This document shows positions 55,629 through 64,000 of a stretch of DNA of 64,000 nucleotides, in pieces. The notes below the pieces were generated by a model. That model was given only the letters and a program-made list of their open reading frames with translations, was not told the DNA's origin and made no database searches. Position numbers and translations under genes: made by a program. How positions within the stretch are numbered: position 1 is the first letter of the stretch; every line of letters starts with the position of its first letter. This DNA comes from Octopus vulgaris (Eukaryota). The stretch lies in assembly GCA_951406725.2 (NCBI GenBank), contig OX597816.1:51770001-51834000 (forward strand). The letters run 5' to 3'.

Positions 55629-55773
55629 ATAAGCATCTTTCGATCTATACCGGAAGACATAGAATTCTAAAGACATTATGCAAATAACCGATCTTCTTTG
55701 CGACAAAATAATGCCACGAAGCTGGTTAGCCACATATGGAGTTTTAAAACCAATTCCACAACACATATAATCG
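55629..55773 (-). CDS. Candidate exon: DYMCCGIGFKTPY...KDAY, or in another frame IICVVELVLKLHMWLTSFVALFCRKEDRLFA* (stop at 55676)
   Basis: Strong acceptor tttctccacatttctccag, donor gtgagg; two frames open. Confidence 0.3.
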
Positions 55774-56332
55774 CTGGAGAAATGTGGAGAAATTCAAGCC
55801 ATATTTTAATGGATCTAAGAAATGCAACTCATACGTAGCAAAAAGACCACCTGTTTTTCAGATTCAAGAATTCCACTACACTTCTTAATTTTATATCTGT
55901 ACTTTTAGCAATTGCAAACACATGGACAAGTTTCTTTAATCGAACTGGAGGACACATCACTCGCTGCGGTCTGAGTAGATGTCTCGCAGATGTTGACATC
56001 TTTTCTGTGATATCATTCTGATCAGCTGCATTAGTTGTGGTTTCTACAATCAGGAAGGACGGTGATCCACTTTATTTTGATCTACGTCTTTTCTTTTCTT
56101 TGTTCTCGGTCCAATTTTTGAATCAATCTTCTCCAAGTTTTTTTTTTCACGTTTCCATTTCTTCTCTCATTCTCACAGAGTCCAGTGTACCGGTTTTTAA
56201 AGTACATCTAACGCACGGCCACAAGAGCTGGAAAGATAGCTTGGCAAATTTTACAAAGCTGCCTATTCAAAGTATCGTAAAAGTATATGGAACTATTAGG
56301 AGCTCTTTCCTAATTGAAAATTAAATTTATAT

Positions 56333-56409
<77 letters not shown>

Positions 56410-56415
<6 letters not shown>

Positions 56416-56880
56416 ATAGCAGGGAATAAAATTCCAAAACTTACAGCGAAAAATTCAATTTAACAATTTTAAATCAAATTTCACAATATATATTATATGT
56501 ATATAATTCAGAGAAAAACCACTATTAAACAATTCAATAAAGATGTTATTCACACCATATAGAAAATATATACTATAAAATGTACATTTATTCTATTATT
56601 TTTTTATTTTTTATTATTTATTATCTTAGACCTGATGAGTGACTACATTTTTAAAAAGAATTAATTTTAGTTCGATTGAATTTTGAATCGAATTGATCTT
56701 ATTATTACCTATTTGAAAATATACCCATGAAACGTGCGTTATCTTTTTACTACTGATTGTTGCACTTTATTGATTTGAAATAAGGTTTTTTTTTATTGTA
56801 TATGTTTTCTATATGGTGTGATTAATAACTTTCTTTATTGAACTGTTTGATAGTGTTTTTTTCTCTAAATTATATATAGA
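56410..56880 (+). mobile_element. Penelope-like terminal repeat with inverted flank (arms ~56500-56580 and 56790-56876)
   Basis: Inverted arms enclose a hammerhead; (TA)n on both sides. Confidence 0.7.
56628..56744 (+). ncRNA. Hammerhead ribozyme with a long (~90 nt) stem II (family H4)
   Basis: AGAC-CUGAUGA-[GUG..extended hairpin..CAU]-GAAA-CGUGCG-UU-AUCU; stem III ACG-UG-CGU. Confidence 0.65.
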
Positions 56881-56903
56881 TATCTATATATTATATATAT
56901 ATG

Positions 56904-57041
<138 letters not shown>

Positions 57042-57858
57042 TACACATATCTGAGATATGACACCATAAAAAAACGAAATGAAAGAATACCGTACTGCAG
57101 CATACGTACCAGAAGTCTATTTCCCAAGCGACATCCAGTGTGACTTCTGGTACAAAATATTTTCTTTTTACCTTTTGTCAAGAGGAAGCACTGCACCTAG
57201 CATTATTTACAGATATTAGGAGACTTTTAGAGCACTCTGAAAAAGGGAATATGTTCCCAAATCTCAGAGTAGAGATAACTCCGATGAACGCAGCAAAGTT
57301 GCCAGGTTGGCATGTTATTTCGGACGGTTGATTAACTCAGCCCCATAAGTGGTAGATTTAATCTACCACCCGATTTCATAGGTCGAGATACGAATTCAGA
57401 ATACAAGGATCTGGTTAAAATACAGTAAAATACGCGGTATCCCATTTTAAAAGTTTCGTAATACGACTGCCCTGATCCGTGCGGTTTTGCAAACCTCAAA
57501 AAATATAACTCTGGTCTGCATGGCTTTTCGGCTCAGAACGCTGAAGATCAGAATGAATATTTCGAAGCGTTTACTACGACGCTCTAATGAATACCTATTC
57601 ACTGAAATTCGAATATAATGATGATGCTCATAACTCGTTTGACCCATTTATATATTTATATACTTTTGTTTGTTATTTTATATATAAAAGCGCTTTTCTA
57701 GATCAGATCAAAAATATTGGAGGAAAACGAAGCAGAATTAACTGTTTTGTTTGAAGCCACAGAGAAATTATTTGTCATTTCTGGTTCGATGATCTTCCGT
57801 TGACTAATATTATTCTAGAGGAAATAATTCTAACTTATCATTGTACAAAAAATGAAAC

Positions 57859-57901
<43 letters not shown>

Positions 57902-58083
57902 TTTAAATGTATCATCCATAACAAAATGTTATAAAATCAAAAGTAATATTGAACCAACGCCAGCGTTTGTGGATGTTCAATATTTGACCAACATTTGGAA
58001 ACATTTATAAATGGCGCCGAGATTTTGGAAATTCGGTTTATATTTGATATGGTGTAAATATAAATGAAATATAAAAAAAAAAG

Positions 58084-58402
58084 ACTCCGCCGGTTACGAC
58101 GACGAGGGTCCCAGCTGATACGATCAACGGAACAGCTTGCTCGTGAAATTAACGTGCAAATGGCTGAGCATTCCACAGACACGTGTACCCTTAACGTAGT
58201 TCTCGGGGATAATCAGCGTGACACAGAGAGTGACAAGGCTGACGCTTTGAAATACAAGTACAACTCATTTTTGCCAGCTGAGTGGACTGGAGCAACGTGA
58301 AATAAAGTGTCTTGCTCAAGGATACAACGCGTCGCCGGGAATCGAACTCACAACCTTACGATCATGAGCCGAATGCACTAACCACTAAGCCACGCGCCCT
58401 CA
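58084..58402 (-). mobile_element. SINE family C, full-length
   Basis: Minus strand reads GAGGGCGCGTGGCTTAGTGGTTAG..GAGTTCGATTCCCGG..; ends GTAACCGGCGGAGT plus T tract. Confidence 0.9.
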
Positions 58403-58841
58403 CTATAAATGAAATATATAATGAACTGTATCAGTATCCTGTGCAATATTTACATCTAGTGAAAATAGTCGACCAAATCATATGGCATGCAGGTTATTTA
58501 AAGTCTAGGATACTAGCCTTCTCCTTAACACTGATTGCAAGCATTTCTTCTTTTGGGAGGGGAGCAGAATTATGAACGATAAAGTAGGAACTTCAAGATC
58601 GCTTGATGGCACGAGCACACGGTTCGCCCGAAGTCTCAAAATGCTCCGTCGTCTGAGGTGAACGGGTTTGTTTATGAACGAATTACACTCATTTCAAATG
58701 TGGTTGCTCAGAACAGAGCTGGCTTTGCTTATCAGGCCGCATAAAAGGCTACGTTTGGAAGACTTTTGCACTTTAGTATATTACGCATATCATTCAAATT
58801 CATTGAGGTATTGGCAGAGATAAATGAAACTGAGGACTTAC

Positions 58842-59002
58842 CAAAGATAATGCATGGCAGAGATTCCTGGTGCACCATCGTAAAGAGTATCTCGGTTCTC
58901 ACCACGTAAAAATTGTATATATGTGTGTTTGCGCATACTCGTGTGCATGTACAGTTGTTTCTACATATGTCTGTACCTGCATTTATCACATACCTACATC
59001 GA
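58842..59002 (-). CDS. Candidate exon (RCRYVINAG...MVHQESLPCIIF)
   Basis: Acceptor attttcttgtctcttag, consensus donor TTG|gtaagt, open and phase-compatible with 55773; middle looks partly like decayed (CA)n. Confidence 0.3.
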
Positions 59003-59164
59003 CTAAGAGACAAGAAAATAATTTTTATAATCAATGCCGAAGTTAATTTTCGAATTTGTTTTCTGCGAATACAATTACAAATCCTTTAATTAGGTAGACT
59101 AGCGATGTTCGTATTCGTAATTCAATGTTCATCGATACATAAAGAAATAAAAGCTAACTGGTAA

Positions 59165-59500
59165 TGACCTCCTTCAGTCATGAATGACCTTGGGATTGCA
59201 CCTAGAAATTTCGCCCCCAAAGCACAAATCCTGGCAAGGTTGATTATGGAGGACCAGCAGTCTTCCATGCATACCAGCCTTCTCTCTCCATGCCACCAAT
59301 GTTACTCAAGAGAAAGGCAAAGGCCGATACACCTTGGTACCCATGACGTCACAATTAATTTCTACAACTGAGTGAACATTAGCATTGTGAAATACAGTAT
59401 CTTGCCCACGAACACAACACACAGCCCGGTGCGGGAACCGAACTCACAACCTAATAATTTTGAGCTTAACACTCCAACCAGTGAGTCATGCGCCTTCACA
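59165..59500 (-). mobile_element. tRNA-derived SINE, family-C head with a different 3' tail
   Basis: Minus strand reads GAAGGCGCATGACTCACTGGTT..GAGTTCGGTTCCC..GGGCAAGATACTGTATTTCAC, then a tail unrelated to the 58084 copy. Confidence 0.75.
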
Positions 59501-61932
59501 CATGAATAAATGATATAACTGAAAACAAAGAACGTCGCTTTAACCGGTTGATATCTTGACGTCTGGTCGTCATTGCTAGCTATAGATATAGGAACATTGT
59601 CTTATTCAATTTTGCTCTAACGTAAACGATTCATTTGAAGTCAAAAAGTTCTTGATAGAAGTATTAAATATACTGCTTTCCAATCAAATATTTAAGAGCT
59701 TTTTTTTTGTGCAAGTTAACCTTGTATCAGAATATACCGAGCGAAAGGCATTACCTCTATGACAATTTATTTAATTATGAATCTTCTTCAGTTTTCGATC
59801 AACTGAACTATATTATCTCATTGAGAGATAATATAAATATGAAAAATCACGTTAATATTCTCTCTAATATGTTGGCTTCCGTTGAACTACAAGAATAGCC
59901 TATCTGACAGACTTCCATGCACTTTCTGCCAACCCAATTTTGTTAGTAAAACGTGGCTCGAAACGAAACTAGAGTAAAAGTTACTTGCGCGCGCATATTG
60001 CCATAGAACAGGATCTCCTGCCTCTCTTAATTATTTCGTATAGAATTCTTAAACCACTCGATTAACCTACTTCTATCGTTGTGAAAATACGCATTCTAGT
60101 TAAGCATAGTGCATACAGATTAATAAATATGAACTTTATTTTTAAGGTGGATATACATTGACGTAAGAATCATTTCACTTTTATTAGCTACAAGGATCTG
60201 GTAAAAATTAGGATTCACGCTTAATTCATGTGTTAACAAAGTCATTTACAAATGTATTCCGTGTATATTAAGATATATTCATAAAATATTCTGTTATAAA
60301 TATATGTATTTACTGACACATAGATAAATGTATACGTATTCAAATGACTTATGCCAAAATGATTAGTATGAAATAATTAAAAAGCGAACGATGTAAAAAG
60401 TGAATGATGTCGGTTCGATGTTGTATATGTGTTCATTAGTTATACTCTGATGTTGACACAATGCTAAACTGCTAACGAGGAACTTAAAATATAATTGTTA
60501 ACGGCAACGTAATAACAGGAATGAAAGATTTAAGATGAGTGATGTCAGTTTAAGTAAAACGAAGCCACGATGATAAGTGTAAGAAATAAATGCCCCAGAA
60601 ATAAACTTACCCTAGAAATGTGTATAAGGCCTATCATGCAATAACCCAGTATTGAGACTTAATTGTTGCATCTAAAACTCAGTAACACAAAATACACTGG
60701 CGATTGTGATGATGAGTATGGTTGAGTTGAAGATGTATCAGACAATACAACATATAAAGTTATTCATATCATTCAAAGTATGCATAGTCTAGTTAAATGT
60801 GAAGTTTGTGTTTTATATTGTATTCACTTTTCGTCTAAATTCTTCTTAGCACCAATGTAGTTTGTATTACACAATTCTATGACATCAATATATAATTATG
60901 GAATTAACAATCCTCTGTTGATTATAATTTTCCCAAGAAACTATAATCTTACTCTTGGGAAAAAGAATTAGACGTTGTGGATGTAAACCACATAAAAGTA
61001 TAATATTTAACAATACATCCCTCGAGGTTCGTTGCAAAGCATTTTGGTCAATGAATTCTGATCTAAGACATTACACAATGGCTCCAGCAGATGTCGTAAG
61101 TGTCGATTTAATACTCAATGAATGAAATATAATTATGAAAATGAATGTTAGAAGTGATGCCACCTCATATAAATATAGATGCATAGAAGAGTTATGGGTT
61201 AAGTCGTTATTTAATTGATCTGCATACCAAATAATTAATTAAGTAGCATCCATTTTAATTTTAACATGGGCGTTAGAGTGAAGGCTGGGGAAACGGCAGA
61301 CAAGTCAAAGTGACTTATTAATTAAAGATTTTTGCAGTGTTTAGTTACATCTATTTATATTCTGGTGGCGAAATCCCGCTTCAGTTGACTCTGCCCTTTA
61401 TGAACTTTATTTTAAGCAGGCTTTAAATACAATACAACGGACAAATGACTCAGTGCTATGAAGAAGAGACAGAAGAAACTGTGAGACAACACCTCAAAAG
61501 ACTGAGTTCGTTCCTAGTCAGAAGTATATGTACATGTACGAGGTACTTAGTGGAGAACGGACTCGGAACAGTTTAAAATCTTGTGTTACAACATGTACAT
61601 TGTGTTACATCTTATGTAAGGTTTGTTGATTGATGAAAACAATTCGTTCACAGCTAACAGTTTTTTAACACAGGCACTAAGTCACAATTTTAAGGGAATA
61701 AAGCAGTTTAATAGATTAAATTCATAGTTTCATTGTAACTTACTTTTTAACCTCAGAAGAAAAAATATATTATTGCCTCGCTGGGATTTGGAAATTTGAA
61801 CGGAAATCAGAACCGACATTCCTTGGAGTATTTAGTCATTGAAATGTCTAAAAGCTGCAAAGATTTTTCTTAGAATGCTATGTTTTTATTTATTTGATGT
61901 CATATTTATAGTAATAAAATACATATCAAAAT

Positions 61933-62150
61933 AAGCAGCGAAATGGCTAAGCAGTTAGCACGCCGAGAAAAATGCCTAGCGGCATTTCATCCGTTTTTAC
62001 GTTCTAGGTTCAAATGCCACTAAGGTTGACTTTGCCTTTCATCCTTTAAGGGTCAACAAAATAAGTACCAGTCGAGCACTGGGGTCGATGTAATCGACTT
62101 ACGCCCTCCACATAAATCGTCCACCTTGTACCAAAACCAGAAACCAATAA
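61933..62150 (+). mobile_element. SINE family B
   Basis: GTTAGCACGCCG..GGTTCAAATGCC..GCCTTTCATCCTTT..AAATAAGTACCAGTCGAGCACTGGGGTCGATGTAATCGAC. Confidence 0.88.
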
Positions 62151-64000
62151 TATATGCAAAATAAGAATATAAATACCTTAAAATCTAATGATGAGACAAA
62201 GAATGATGAAAACGGTAAACATTGAAGTTTGAATGTCACAGAAGATTCTGAACGTGGACGATACAAAATGTACTTTTGTGATAAAAAATCAGATACAAAA
62301 TGTTCTTTTGTTTTTTTGGTGTCATTATATTCGGTCATTTGAGGTTATGCTGTATGTCATTGAATACTATATTTCAGAAGTTTAATAGAATTATTTAAAT
62401 TTAATGGCATCGTTAATACATACAAATATTTGTTTCTTTACTACTTATTTTTATTATATGTAAACGAAAGTACATACAGAGGCCCCGCTTCTTAGCACTA
62501 GGAGTACAACAGATTTGGAGACGGAAGGAAGAGAACCAATGACGGTTTAATCAATCCCCCTATATTCATACTTTATTTGCTCAAATACAACACCAGAGAA
62601 ACTAATTAAAATAAATTAAAATGAAGCAAAATACTATTTTCTTTTTCAGTGATGCCTTTTAAAGATTTTTTTAAAGATTATCTTCACTGCTTTTCATTTT
62701 TCGATGTGTGTGTGTGTTTGCATGTGTGTACACTTATCATGAAATGCGCCAATATTCTGACGTGACTTTTTCGTTTAAGGTAGCAAAAATAATTTTCAAT
62801 GAGCAAATTTATTCCCTCTAAAAGTGTCTTTTCCATGTGCTTCATTTAAAGTGATGTGAAGAATACGTAATTTTTTATAGCTCAAAACGCAGCTAATGGT
62901 TCTGCGTTGCATTTTAAAATTGAATGACATTTCGTGGCCCCAGAAACGTGTTGCAGTTCCTTAAAATACAAAACTTGTTAAGCAATAAAACTAACGAAAG
63001 AAAGACCTACTCCATTTGGTGGTTGATATTGACTAGTTAGTACTGGGATGTGAAAGAATTTAGTTTTAATTATTTGCTATTTTGTTCTTTTTATATTTTA
63101 TTTCATTATGTATATAATATTTTATTTCTTTACAGTCTGGAATAAAATGTCATTGACGTAATATTTTTGTCACTCATGTGTGAGGACTCACATTATGATG
63201 GAGATAAAAGAAGGAAGAAATTACAGTTTCGATATCAAATGCATTCAGGGGAACTGAAATGAATGCAAGTTAATATAATTCCTACTTGAATATAATTACT
63301 GCTTTTAAGTGAGATGCCTTGGCAGAATTGATGAGAGCGCCAAACTGAACATCTCATGTTATTCTGTTAATTGAAATCCCCTCGCGATTCCAATTTAACA
63401 TTTTATTTATCAATGGGCGAATGTGATATGTCCAATAAACGTCCAATGCATATATGCTTTATACATTACTTTTTATCCTACCCATTTGCATAGCCAAGCC
63501 ATATATAGAAAGATATACAAGCGATAGTAGTTGTGAGACATGTTTTCACATGAAACGGTGTGTACACAATTCATATTGTGTAATGAAGTCATCGTTACAT
63601 TTAATTCGAATGAGCCATGACTGGATGCAATTCTGATGCAATTTGATTGGTGTACATTCTAACAAAATCATTTATACATTCATATGTATCTGTGTGTGTG
63701 TGTGTGTGTGTGTGTGAGCACGCGTAGGCATTGGGTAGGTAGCTTGGTAGGTAGGTATGTATGCACAGGTTTGATACCCATAATCGAAAAAATAGCTGAA
63801 CAATACATATAAATGTGTCTGCGTATGCATGATATATTTGTGTTTCTGTGTCTGTGTGTGCCTGTTGGGGGCGGAAGAAGCTTTCTATTTAATTCCTCAT
63901 ATCACAAACATAAAATATCACTGACGAAAAAAATCACTGAGTTCAGATATATCTTCTTGATTACGGTACACAGCAATTTTTGATTAAATTAATGAAAGTC

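Overview
AT-rich eukaryotic DNA dominated by microsatellites ((TA)n, (CA)n, (TCTA)n, (AAT)n) and transposon debris. The SINE/LINE complement looks like a coleoid cephalopod, probably Octopus (recognition only, no search run). No intact, recognisable host gene is present, and almost all ORFs in the track are microsatellite artefacts. Supported content: three or more tRNA-type SINE families (my labels A, B and C); CR1-like and RTE-like LINE 3' remnants; several R4/Dong-type restriction-like-endonuclease retroelements sitting in (TAA)n tracts; a full-length decayed DD34D mariner; a mariner fold-back and a MITE; and a complete 394-bp non-autonomous Helitron. The most striking pattern is a set of about 11 short elements, most of them next to (TA)n, that carry minimal type-I hammerhead-ribozyme motifs of the Penelope-like-element kind. 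Several of these are fold-backs that break at the ribozyme. A SINE/LINE pair shares a covarying 3' stem-loop. A few splice-signal-bounded candidate exons (plus strand 1.3-26 kb, minus strand 52-59 kb) could encode membrane proteins, but they are low confidence. Repeat boundaries are approximate unless TSDs or termini are quoted.
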